From Octopus sinensis (taxonomy: Eukaryota): a stretch of 64,000 nt of DNA. Under the pieces are notes generated by a model that was not told the origin of the DNA, did no database searches, and saw only the letters and a program-made list of their open reading frames with translations. Positions 1-12,999 of the stretch are shown here, one piece after another. Where the stretch lies: positions 2,728,001 to 2,792,000 of the forward strand of contig NC_042997.1 of the NCBI RefSeq assembly GCF_006345805.1, in the 5' to 3' direction. Within the stretch, counting starts at the first letter, position 1. Every line of letters begins with the position of its first letter. The translations under genes and the position numbers were made by a program.

Positions 1-31
<31 letters not shown>

Positions 32-194
32 ATAGATCATTATTAAATACCGATCTTATCAGGTGGCCAGCATGGGAGTAAAAACCTTCAAAGATAATAA
101 TTATTATTATTAACATTATAATTTAGGCTATCTAAGAGATACCCCACGCTGGAAATATCCGCCAAAACTTGAATCTAAAACCATATAAAATGTT

Positions 195-215
195 CATATA
201 TGTATATATATATAT

Positions 216-246
<31 letters not shown>

Positions 247-300
247 CTGTGTGTGTGTGTTTATGTGTGTGTGTGTCTGACTGTATATATGTATATGTAT
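195..300. repeat. Compound (TA)n/(TG)n microsatellite
   Basis: Directly visible TA then TG dinucleotide runs. Confidence 0.9.
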
Positions 301-500
301 GTGACCGCGTGTGTACCGTTGGCAATTTTTTTCCTCAGGCTTCCCTTCTCTGGACCTTTCTTTTCGTATGTTTCTGACGAAGAGCTCCCCTCGAAACGTT
401 AAATCCTCCTTCTTCCCTTCCTTCCTGAGCGTCTAATAATACTATATTTGTTCCACGTCCTCGCGTTGTTGTGTTTTCTCTTTGCGATTTCATGTTTGAT

Positions 501-505
<5 letters not shown>
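300..505 (+). mobile_element. Penelope-like element 3' end (pLTR), family P1
   Basis: Contains TGACGAAGAGCTC..CTCGAAACGTTAAA, typical of PLE ends. A closely similar inverted copy lies at 20258-20475. Bounded by TG/TA repeats. Confidence 0.75.
370..404 (+). ncRNA. Minimal type I hammerhead ribozyme motif
   Basis: GTTT-CTGACGA-A-GAG ctccc CTC-GAAA-CGT-T-AAAT: canonical core, 3-bp stem II, palindromic ACGT stem III, 4-bp stem I with one GU pair. Confidence 0.65.
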
Positions 506-543
<38 letters not shown>

Positions 544-624
544 AAATATTAGAGATCTATACAAAACAATCCTTATATACAAATGATGAACTTGGAGACA
601 GCACACATGTATACCACCCCCCAT

Positions 625-686
625 TTCTGTGTGTGTGTGTATATATATATATATAATATATATATATTATATATATATATTATATT

Positions 687-734
<48 letters not shown>

Positions 735-740
735 GCATGC
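625..740. repeat. (TG)n/(TA)n/(TATG)n microsatellite
   Basis: Directly visible. Confidence 0.9.
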
Positions 741-1072
741 ACATAAGTACCTCACACTCTCTTCCCATATGAGCGTGTGTGTGTGTGGATGTACGCCTGT
801 ATCTTCGCCTGTATATATTCTGTCCTTTGAAATTGCATTTACAAAAACAAAAGAAACAACAACAACAATGCATTTGGTGTTTAGTTGTTCCTCTTATTTT
901 ATAAAATACTATGACCAATGCCCATCTGCGTAAGGAAATTACTGTGAAACTTTGAAACTCTTCAGCAACCGAATACTAATATTTATTCTCTTAACATTGA
1001 ATTATATTTTCTATTCTCTTCATTGCAAGCATCTAGAATACAAATAATTGCTTCCGTATATATCATGTGTTT

Positions 1073-1233
1073 TTGAGAGAGAGAGAGAGAGAAAGAGAGA
1101 GGGAGAGTGAGAGACAGACAGACAGAGAGATAGAAAGTAAGATTGAGAGACGGAAAGAGTGAGAGAAAGTGGGAGTGAGCGAGAAAGAGGGAAATAGACA
1201 GGGAGCGAAAGAGAGAGAGAGAGAGAGAGAGAG
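1073..1233. repeat. (GA)n-rich purine tract
   Basis: Degenerate GA/GACA repeats. Confidence 0.85.
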
Positions 1234-2137
1234 GCACTTAGATAAGGTCTATGTGTGTATGTATGTGTGTATGTGTAGGTTTAACTAGACGTAATTAATT
1301 TTTTATCCGTTCGCTACATAAGCTCATTAGCAGTACCTCATTAAATCTAAGTCTTTTACAGATGTATTAATAATTATGTTTCTAGTCTTTTTCAAATTTT
1401 AGTACAAAGTCACATGATAACTGAATGGCTATTAACTGTAAACTATAAATTCCATTTTATACTAAACATATATAGATTGATATTTCTCTTTCTCTTTTAT
1501 GATTGCTATATGCTACCAATATGAATAATGCTGTTTAACTGTCGAATACAGTTACATGCTATTGCTTAACTAATATTAGATTTAGAGGGAATATATAAGT
1601 TGCTACGGATGAGAAAGAATTTCTTTGCCATCTTACCATTATCTTATAATATTCTGCATTGCAAAATTTGAAGTTTAATTTTACCATAGATCGCAAAGAA
1701 CACAGCGTGGAACATCGAAAGTTATATATTTCAGCGCAGTAAAGACGCAAGCAGCGAAAGCGTTGGTGTGAATGTTTATTTCATATTCATTAGTGTGTTC
1801 AAGCAACAGTATGATTGTTGATATGAGACAACATATATACGCTATAGGAGAAAGATTAATTATTACACATACATGCGGGAGTCCCTATTATCATTTCAAA
1901 TTAACATGTTTTCTTTTAAATATATCAACTGTATTCAAAGAATTGACAACAATGTATTCAATTATATGTATTCGTAAGATGGAAATGTAGTTAAACTTTA
2001 GAGGTGTTCAATACTGCAGAATTACTGCACTGAAAACTGAGCCTCACTGAGATTTGCACTTATTGAGATGATGACATTGTAAGTTCCAGACACTTGAATA
2101 TCCATCAAATGAATAGACTTAAGAACGATCCTATGTG

Positions 2138-2180
<43 letters not shown>

Positions 2181-2227
2181 ATATATATATACATATATAT
2201 TACTTATAATAAAAGCCAGGATGCGTT

Positions 2228-2428
2228 GCGTTCCGTTACTTAATGTAAATACACAAGCGACAAATAAAAACGTATGACGTATATTGAGTACAGGAAAGGA
2301 CGGAACACAGACACAGATGCACCCTAATTCTTCATCAGTTATCAACCTGGTGGTATTAATCAGTTTCGCTTTTATTTGTCGTTTGTGTATTTGCAATACA
2401 TTTTTTCATATATTAAGTAACGGTACGC
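2228..2428 (-). mobile_element. Short PLE-like end with inverted copy of its own tail
   Basis: 2228-2270 and 2370-2428 are inverted repeats, with an insertion in the right arm. The interior on the minus strand reads GCGAAACTGATT...CTGATGAAGAATTAGGG, shared with 2985-3035. Confidence 0.6.
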
Positions 2429-2489
2429 AATACACTCTAGATATTTTAACAGTAAGTTATTTATATATCCATATGACTATTTCTAGTCT

Positions 2490-3128
2490 TTCCTCTTTTC
2501 TTTTTTCTCTTCTCGACTCTTTTTTCTCTGTGTTTCGCTATTTGTACTTTTAACCCCCTCATTCCTTGTTTTCTCTCTCTCACTCTCTCCATCGCTCCCT
2601 CTTGCCCTCTTTCCCTTTTACCTGCTGATGACACGTGACCTAAGGCCAGCCTTTCTTTCTCTCCCATTTTCCCACCGGTCGCGTAACAGTTATGTCCTAA
2701 AATCTCTGTGTCCCACTCTCACATATTTTGCTATATGATTATTTTCTTATCTCTTAGCATGCCTTCTAACCGTTAACCACCATTCGAGTCGTTTTGGCCC
2801 CGAGACATTTGCTCGTTTCTTATTTATTTCCTCTTTGTTCTTCGACTTCAATTACATTTATTCACTTTCACATGTCCATTCTGTATTGCTTGTCATCCAT
2901 GATTTGTTTGTTCAAGACCCTATATTCTTCACATTTTTCGGGGGCACCACCAGCATGGGAAGCCCCCTCAGCCTTACCATTAATGGTGCGAAACTGATTA
3001 GTACCATTTACTTGACGACTGATGAAGAATTAGGGAATTTCTGTATCTCTCCTCCGTTCGTTCGTGCACCTAATTTACATTAAAAGTTTTATATTTGTCG
3101 TTTGTGTATTTACAATATATGTTTTCAT
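2490..3128 (+). mobile_element. Non-coding PLE-like 3' region, family P2
   Basis: Pyrimidine-rich tract, then GCGAAACTGATTAGTA...CTGATGAAGAATTAGGG, then tail TTTGTCGTTTGTGTATTT also seen at 2375-2395. Ends in (TA)n. Confidence 0.55.
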
Positions 3129-3177
3129 ATATATATATATATATATATAATATATAGATATATATATATATATATAT

Positions 3178-3255
<78 letters not shown>

Positions 3256-3292
3256 TAGATAGGTAAATAGATTTATAGATAGATAGATTGTT
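3126..3292. repeat. (TA)n-(GA)n-(GATA)n compound microsatellite
   Basis: Directly visible. Confidence 0.9.
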
Positions 3293-3523
3293 AGATATGT
3301 ATATCTGCCATGTTGGACAGGTGAAATCTACAAGTTTTCTTTTCATTCTCTATTTGCTTATATTCTCTTATTCCTTTCTGCTAAAGAGCGTAGGTTCGAA
3401 ACATAATAGACTCTTTTTCATTCTTCCCGAGTGTCAAAGTAACACAATTGCTTGTTGTTCATACACCTGTCTACGTTCTTTTTTGCTTTTCTATAAATTT
3501 CAAGTATATATATATGAATATAT

Positions 3524-3592
<69 letters not shown>

Positions 3593-4829
3593 CAATTTTA
3601 AAACATCACAAATGAGATCCCCATGTGTGCCATCACAGTTTGCAGTAAGCTAACTACATAGGTTTCACGAAGGAGGTAAATTAACGTTCTTAAGCATTTA
3701 ATCAACCTTAATATTTAACCATGTAATTGTACACAATTCAATTCTCGTTCGCCTGGGGGTATGTTTTTCAGCAACTGTTAGGTATTCATTTTAACAAAAC
3801 GAAATCGAAATCCAAGGGATGCATTTGTGTTTGGTCTTACAAATTCACTACTATATACCATGTCTGTATATGTAAACACAAATACGCATACACACACACA
3901 CAAACTCACAAACACACACATGCGAATATATGTAGAAAATAGATAGATTTACATAACGATTAGCAGGTAGATTAACGAGAGACAAATAGAGAGGTAGGTT
4001 GATAGGTAGGTAGATATATAAATAGATGGATAGATAGATAGGTATATATGAATATATATATATATATATATATAATATATATATATATATATACATAGAG
4101 AGAGAGAGAGAGATGAAGAGAGTTATATCTAAAAGGTTTTTTATTGTTCATTCACCTTTCATATGTATACACTTTGTCACGTGTCCAGCTCGCATTTTTA
4201 TTTCCAGTTTGGTGTTGGAGGCCAAATCACCACCATATACATAAAGGGGGCATTTTACAGCATTACACCTCCAACGCTACGAATATCTGATTCCCTATGA
4301 CTCCTTCATAATCGAATAACTATAATCTTCCTCCATACTGACTGACAAGGAGGCTTACGTGAGAAGGCTAGAGGTTTACGTAAGAATAGTGATGCCTGTA
4401 ATCTCATGCTACAAACATATTTCAGAACTCTTCCATTTACAAACTGCATGACACATCTTTCTTATGAGTCTGTTGACTCTTCAAACCACAAATCTATCTG
4501 CAATCTTGGGGTTTTACTTAAGGACCCGAGACATCAAGTGTGCTATTTTCATCCCATGTTTGAGAACTTCACAATAAATTACTTGTTATTCTGTCTATTT
4601 CCTTTCGCCCTTCACGATATTGTATGATGGCATTGATTATTGCTTCTCTAGCTCCAGACTGAGCACTTTCTCGTAATAAACACTTCAACAGTAAAGTAAG
4701 TTAACAGGCTACCGCCGTTAGTTGGCGAGTTTAAGGAGGGTGAAATAGAATAAATTAAAATGAGGTAAATCAAGATAAAATGAGGAATGAGGAGGTTTAA
4801 TTTTCGTGCTAGTTTTATTTTTTGTGATA

Positions 4830-5630
4830 TAAGAGAGTAAGGATACATAACAGGCTTATGGATATAGAAGTGGTTATAAAAATCATCAACAAGAACATCC
4901 AAATTGGCAGAAAAAAGAAATGGAAAATAAAAAAAAATGAGTCTACATTAATCAACCATATTATAAAGAGGCGACAGTGTACAAGCTAAAAAAACATAAG
5001 ATCATTAATGCTCGTCAGAATCAATAGAAAAATCTACACGCTCAGACACTACCTCTCACACACTAATAATACTCTGGACACATGCTGTTTAAACCACTGA
5101 ACAGTCAAAGCAATATAACCACCGGACAGCGTCCGTCTATATTTTAATTCTAACATGGTGTGCCAACTGACGTGCTCCCGTGGAGAGACATAGATATGTT
5201 CAAACAGAAGACAACTTCACCTTAAAATGAAGGAACATCTTCACAAGGCACATAAAGACGTCTTCCAACACCACCAACACCCAATATACAGGTAGAGAAA
5301 TATCTACAGCCAACTCTGTGGTGGAGATTTCCCCACCTGTATATTGCCGAAGATAACGGATACAGCCTATCTCACGATCTCAAAGGTACACTAGATTAGG
5401 ATGAAGACACCTAGCCTTAATCCCCGTAATGAGCTGGATTGGTGGAAATAATTAAACTGCTTCCAGAATCTTTAACCGGAGCCAGAAATATAATCTATCA
5501 AACAGGAACAAAATGAAAAATTAAAGAATGTCCGATGAAGAATCAGTGTTTCAAAGGCACTTACACGATCTCTATTGGTCGCACGCCACACACAGCTTAA
5601 TCTCGTCTTCTCTCATCCGCCCCTCTCTCT
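4830..5630 (+). mobile_element. Decayed PLE: GIY-YIG remnant and 3' end
   Basis: Broken frames around 5150-5240 resemble GIY-YIG (SNMVCQLTCSRGE..YV(G)QT..MKEH). An LN-like C-terminus lies near 5415-5432, and a degenerate hammerhead-like motif at 5528-5566. Confidence 0.55.
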
Positions 5631-6162
5631 CTCTGTCTTTTACTCTCTCACTTTCTGTTCTTATCTATCTAGCTATCTGTCTATGTATCTGTCTATCAAC
5701 CTACTTTTCCATCGGTCTGCCAATTTATTTGTCAACCAATCTACTTTTATATCCACTTCCATATCCATAAATCTTTTATATATCCTTACTCTCTTACATC
5801 CATGAACTTTTAAAACATTCATATTCCACAGTCTATCAGGACATTTAATCCACCTGATATTTCATTTTATCTTGTTTTATCTTATTTTAGTTTATTTTGT
5901 TGTCGCCATCGTCCATCACCTTCTTACCCTTTCCTTATAACATCATTACCCTGTTTACTCATTATATTCTAAAAATCTTGCCTCAGATTCACCAGGAATT
6001 TATCTTTACAGTAAGTAATATTTTACACCAAGGCAGGTTGTGAGTCGTGCTTCCCCATCTTCACAAGGCCTACGCAAATAGTTCTTTTTCAAACTTAAAA
6101 ATGTATGTATGTATGTATGTATATATGCATGTGTGTTTGTATGTGTCTGTATATATATGTAT

Positions 6163-6205
<43 letters not shown>

Positions 6206-8130
6206 ATATATATATATATATATATGTATACTTTTTTTACAGAGATACATATACATACACATATACACATAAATGCACATGCATTTATATATACACACAC
6301 AAAATCCTAATTCGAAATATTTGTTGTTAGATGTCATTACAGAAGTGTTAGGAGTGTGTGTAATTTTCAGGACTATATGGAAGATATTTACAAATTTGTA
6401 ACTATATATATACGATGAATAAATAAGTTAATTATGTTCTCAGAAATGGAACACAAATTATTCAGCTATTATTTTCAATTTTCGTCTTTACAATCTGATA
6501 ATATGCATCTAAACAAAATTATCATCGAATTATTTTTGTTCAGAAAAGTAAAATAGTCAAAATGCTTTTTGCGGAACACGAAAATTGTTATATTACTTAT
6601 TTCACTTGCGCCGTTATATTGATTCTATTTTCACACTTACTTTTGTGTTGATAATTGAGATATGTACTGTACAGATGCACGATTCATTTACGAAAATAAC
6701 TATTTTACTCTTTAATATATAATATTTATATATGTTTAAGAGACGGAAATATGTATGCTAAGATAGATTCATGTCGTATGTAATCATAGATACAGAAAAG
6801 TAATATATACGTTTTCAAATGCAGCGTATTCCATAGCTACATAATATCAATTGAAATCAAGAATATTGCTTTTCATCGGTACTCTTCCTTTCCCATTGAC
6901 AGAAAATCATTTCACTGACTTATGGAAGACCGTTAATTAAGATTTCAATAGAAGAATACGCTTGCAAGAACTTATACATACACACACATACACACACACA
7001 TAGACACACATATATATTTATATATATACATATGCACAAAGAAGCACACGCATAGACGCCAACACACATCCGCATACACAAACATAAATATGTATTCCTA
7101 CATTCCTACTTGCATTTGTGTGTATCTGTGAATAGCTTTTGGTGTATGCATCTGCTTGTGTTATCATTTTCAAGTCATGTAACCTTACACTTATATGTGT
7201 TTGTGTGATTGTGTCAGTGTGAGCATGTGTATGCGTGGATATATTTATGTGTATGTATCTAATTGGATATAAAAGGGGCCAACTGCTTATCGAAGGAATG
7301 TTCAACAGCATATTCAGCTCTGATTATAGGCTAATATGATGCGCACCTATAGAAGAAAAATGGCTTCATCTTCATATCTAAAGCTGTGATTTGGGGATCC
7401 TTAGAGGCAATGAATAATGCAGCTGACAAGTGCTCGTTGCGGTACGATGATTCGGAAACAGAAATCAATGTGAAATCACATCTCACGTGATGTTATGATG
7501 TATCAATCTCTTGTTTAATGGAGCATCATGAATTGGTTTCGAAATGTGGAAAGTGATAAGAATTGAAATATTACCATCAGCACCAGTGATAGATTGTTGT
7601 AAATATGGGTTTCATGTCGTTAGCTCTTCTCTCTGCTGAACGGATATTTGATAAATGGCAATGATTTGGCCTTAGATATTGTTGTAGACAAATCTCACCT
7701 ATAGTTTAACAGAAGCAGTGCATTAATACATGTTTGTGACAATTGATATATCACTCTATTGTGAATTCCTGTTAAATATCTATCCATCTATACATATGCT
7801 CACATACACATAGACGAATACACACACAGCTACGTGAACGCGCGCGCGCACACACATATAATTGCTTGTTGGTAAACAAGATAATTTCCTCATACCTTAA
7901 TATTTCACACTTATGCCGATAACTGACCGTTCTTAGACTCGATGCCAACTATGTCGACTAACAGTTAGATATGAAACTTTTGTGTGAAGATTTAAACTGG
8001 TTTTGCGAAGTATTTGTAAGAAGCTATACTGTATCATATAAAATGTTTTACACTTTATAATTAGCAGTGTACTTATTTCACTATTTCTAATTTGTATAAA
8101 TCTTTCTTTCTCCCTGTCCCTCTCTCTGTC

Positions 8131-8163
<33 letters not shown>

Positions 8164-8959
8164 TTCTATATATATATATATATTATATATATATATATAT
8201 AATTATTTATGTATATATATGTGTGCATGTACTATGTGACTATGTATGTATAGACACACAGCGTATGTTTGAGCCTGTTCTATGGGATACGACACTATAC
8301 ATATATGCATATGCACAATTACATGTAAACATATTACTATACATTATACATAAAGAGTGTAGCAGAGAAACTGACTGACATGTATGCGCATATTTGTCGG
8401 CTCAATACTTGTATCCTTGTGCATTAAGTAAACTGCTTGTTCTTCCAAATCAATATTAGGCTATGATTAAGACGAAATATTATTAAACATAATATTTATT
8501 TTTTCGTTGTTATTGTATTTGATTATAAGTTTCAAGCTACATGCCTATCATTTTCACAAATAATGAAGACGGGTATCACATTCGTTTCATCAATAGAAAA
8601 ATGAAATGTACTTAAATATGGAGCCGTAGGCAAAACCTAGATACTGACAATTTAATTGATTGTTCGTGAAAATATAAAGAGAACATAATCAGCATTATAA
8701 TGATTTTCATTAGCCTTACAGCTACCAGTGTCATTTTCCACATTATGTTTTAGATGGCAGGGAAGTTACAATATTTTAATAACCTATTTAAAATGTTCGT
8801 TGCAATAAGACTTTTATTATATCGTTTAATAAAAATTGCGGATTAAATAAGGATTTACTTTACAAAGCACTAGTGCTTAACTATTCCTAATCCAAAATGA
8901 AGATAGCACAATAAATAGACTTCATTAATCGCTCAAATCCTGGATATGTTGATATGTGC

Positions 8960-9200
8960 CAGATCTAAACTTACGGTACGAGTTCGTGGGACTCATTCTA
9001 TAACATTCCGGGTATCAATTTGGTCGGTATTCTATACCAGTCTCTTCACTCTTTACACGAATGCGCTACTGTTACGTCAAACAACGCTCAAACTTGCACA
9101 AATGAAACGGTGGTTTATTCTTTTCCATCCTTCCCGGAACATGGAACCATAAGTCGAACTCGCAACTGTCAGTCGATATGAGGCAATTAACCAAGGAAAC
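8960..9200 (-). mobile_element. Possible old tRNA-derived SINE
   Basis: Minus strand TGGTTAA...GAGTTCGACT resembles pol III A and B boxes. The body is not recognised. Confidence 0.25.
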
Positions 9201-10106
9201 ACGAAAGCCACTCATTTCGAGAAAACCTCATCGCTAATATATTTATGAGTAACAAAGCACTGTAACAGAGAGTATTCAGCCATAGAAACCAGGCGAGTGA
9301 ATTCTACTACAGTCCTGGGTTCATTAATAGTGAAAACACACCTTAACCAAACCTAGGATTGAATCCTGCTGACTTCAAAATTAGAAAGAATATGTCACAC
9401 CAAATATTTGCAAGCTACAAAACGACAATGATTTCAACAATAAAATACAGCTTTCACATTTGAGATGATGTTGCTGCAGAAAGCACAGAATCCATAGAGC
9501 ACAGAGAGAAAATAAGGGGTTTCTAGCCTTTTCGTGCCTTTTCTTCTCAGCACACGTTTCTTCCACCCAAACATCATCAAATTATCAGTACCCACCATCT
9601 TTCTTCCCCCTCATTGCTCACCTCTAAAATTCCTTCTACTCAACGTGAGCGTTTTATAAGCAAACTCTTTATTTACTCTCCACAACAAGGAATCAAATAC
9701 AACGTAGAATTTTGACGCTGAATGCAAAAAGTTGTAACAACATATGGGAAGGCATTTTCCCGATGCTGTAATGATTTTCTCAGCTCGCCATCATTTTAAA
9801 GTATAATCATATTGATTCATTCCGCATAAATGTCAAAATGTTTATATATAATGATTGTTAACATGCGTTAGGATAAAAAAAAAAAAACATTGAATTTTCG
9901 GGAAGGTAATTTACCAATCTTAACTAAAGTCAGCAATTCACACACAGACACTCACTCACTCACACGGCCAAATACACACAGTCACACACACACTGTATGT
10001 ATATATATATAATATATATATACACACATATGTATGTACTTCTGTATATTTATGAATCTAAACATACGCATGTATATATGTATACGTGTGTGTATATATA
10101 CACATA

Positions 10107-10165
<59 letters not shown>

Positions 10166-11155
10166 CTGTGATCGTGACTTAGTTTCAAATTCCAAATAAA
10201 TAGAAATCATTTGAATAAAAGGTAAAATAATTCGGAGTTTTAATGACTGCCTTCAGAGTAAAATTTCTCAAGAGTTGATTGCTCAGATCTCCGGAATACA
10301 TATAATCCATCATATGACAGTAAAACATGAGTCTTACATATTTGACAATACATCCTTACATGTACACAAAAACAGAGACAACATAACTGAAAATGGCATG
10401 AAAATCCTGTACAGAAAATTACATAAGTTGTGGAATTTTCTTTTCTGTCTTTTTTACTTTAATATCAAACGACCGATATTTAATCTTAATTACGTAGTTT
10501 TTAAATGAATATCTTTCAGAGAGAAGATTCCTTTATACCTATAAACTATTGAGACACAAAATAATGCATTCGTCATTGATGGAGAACATTACATTTTCAC
10601 TGGTTACGAGGCTAATTTCTTGAGCTGAAGCTTGTAGAATTGCACCTGAGATATGAACTTGCTTTCATGTTTAGTCATTAAACTTACATTATTACATTTT
10701 CTGATACCGTTGTTCTCTAAAGTTTGAGATCTATGTTATTTTATTCTATGGATATTGACGTGAGAATATTTTCGAAGGTCTTTCAGTTCGAAGAACTATT
10801 TGTTGTGCATCATTAACATAAAAGGAATTTAATGAAAATAAATCAAATAGTAATGTTTAATATTGTTTGGTATAATTAATATTATCAATGTTTCATGATG
10901 AATGTTGCTCCGTTTGCTATTTAAAACAAAATCATATAATTTTTTCTGCCTTTAAAATGAAATTCGATGATAAAATCTCTTTACTTGAAATCTTTTTTAT
11001 TTTTAAATTTATATTGCACTCATATGTATATTTGAAATGATTTTTCTAAACGTATTACACATATTGTAAGCCCATATGTCAACATAGGTATGCAATTGAT
11101 ACGATCTGCTTATTACTATTGTATCGTCAATTAGTGAGCAGTTTGCATCATTTAC

Positions 11156-11285
11156 CTGTAGAAATACATCAGATTGTTTTGTCTCTGAAGTAATGTTTAC
11201 ATCACAATGTTTCAGAGAATATGTGGTATTCAATATTGTTGGGATTTTCCATGAAGAGTTGGTCTGCAATGGTCGACTGATTCCG
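11156..11285 (-). CDS. Candidate 130-nt internal exon of an unknown protein
   Basis: Acceptor tgtttcttcag| and donor CAG|gtaaat. Open frame GISRPLQTNSSWKIPTILNTTYSLKHCDVNITSETKQSDVFLQ with three N-x-S/T sequons. No homology recognised. Confidence 0.25.
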
Positions 11286-11639
11286 CTGAAGAAACATATC
11301 CGCAGACAAGGTATTTAGATGTTTCCTTAATAAGCAAGGATAACTGAATTCATATTATTGTCACGATGCTTGCATATAAAATTATATTCTAATCATGTAC
11401 ATAAAACGCATTTTAATGGGAATTAGCTTAAGACGACAGGCTTTAAAAGGGATCCTGGTGTGTAAACATTAATGGAGACATGCTTCATAATCATTCAAAA
11501 TGTGTATTATAGAACTCATAAATCGTTGAAGAATAAATAATTCGTAAAAATAATAAATAAATGAAAATATGAACGCTGATGCATATCCAAACACATTACC
11601 CGCTCATGTATTCCCTGATATGCATATATATACACACAA

Positions 11640-11759
11640 ACACACACGCATATATATATATATATATATATACATATATATGTTTGTGTCTGTGTGTATG
11701 TATGTATGTATGTATGTATGTATCCATCTATCTATCTATCTATCTATCTATCCATATAT

Positions 11760-11837
<78 letters not shown>

Positions 11838-11845
11838 TATATATG
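11640..11845. repeat. Compound (TA)n/(TATG)n/(TCTA)n microsatellite
   Basis: Directly visible. Confidence 0.9.
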
Positions 11846-12539
11846 AAAGCTTGTCTTGTACAGAACTGTGTGCATGCACTTAGGTATTTCGTTATGTCTG
11901 TTTATTTATGAATGTGTGAGTGTTAGCGTGTGTCTGAATGCATGTATGTGAGTTTGTGTGTGTGTTTATGCGTGTGTGCATGTGTGTGTGCATGTGCGTG
12001 TAAGTGTGAGGTGTGTATGCGTACATCATTTTTTTAATATCTGCACACTACTGGTAAACTGGCAAAGCACCACACTATACAATCAGTTAATATGTTTCTA
12101 GCCAATGTGTTACAACTTCCGTCTTAACTAGATGTTAATAGAGTAGAATTGGTTATGAATTTTCCTTTTAAGCTATAATGCCAAACAGATAACGCAACAT
12201 CAAACATATCACCATGAAATTGATGCATCTCATTGAAAATGTATTGAAATAGGTTTTTATTTTTTCCTTTACTCCTATACTGATTTGTTCCGGTTCTCTT
12301 TGTTGGACGAGCTATCTAGTATAAAAGCATATTATTAGCTGCGCATAGTCATGTGATATTTTTCTACATTTCAGTCACGCTTTAACAGCTTATAACCGTT
12401 TGCTTAGTTTTTAGCTTTAAAGTTGCTTCTGTTTTTTTTATTGAATATTGTTGACACTTCTCATTTAGCATTGGGTTACTTTCTCATTCCATGGAGTAGG
12501 AAATGGCTTTTATGTTTTAACATTTGTTTGCTGCTTTTT

Positions 12540-12749
12540 GGCAATAACAGCAACAACAACTACAGTAACAACAACAACAAAAATAATGATAATAATAATA
12601 ATAATAATGATAATAATAATAATAAAATTAATAATAATAATAATTACAGTAATTATGACATAATTGCAGTATTAATGATAATAATGCTCTTCAATAACTA
12701 CAGTAGCAACAAGAAATACAATTACGACTACGACGATGACGACGACAAC

Positions 12750-12785
<36 letters not shown>

Positions 12786-12819
12786 AATGATGATGATGAT
12801 GATGATGATGATAATGACA

Positions 12820-12868
<49 letters not shown>

Positions 12869-12905
12869 CAATAATGATGATGATGGCGATGTTGATGATG
12901 ATGAC

Positions 12906-12953
<48 letters not shown>

Positions 12954-12970
12954 AGTACTGATGACAACAA
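12540..12970. repeat. Compound trinucleotide array (AAC)n-(AAT)n-(GAC)n-(GAT)n
   Basis: Directly visible; about 240 bp of imperfect (GAT)n at 12720-12960. Confidence 0.95.
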
Positions 12971-12999
12971 CGCTTGTCTGGGGTAAAAGTATTCAATAG

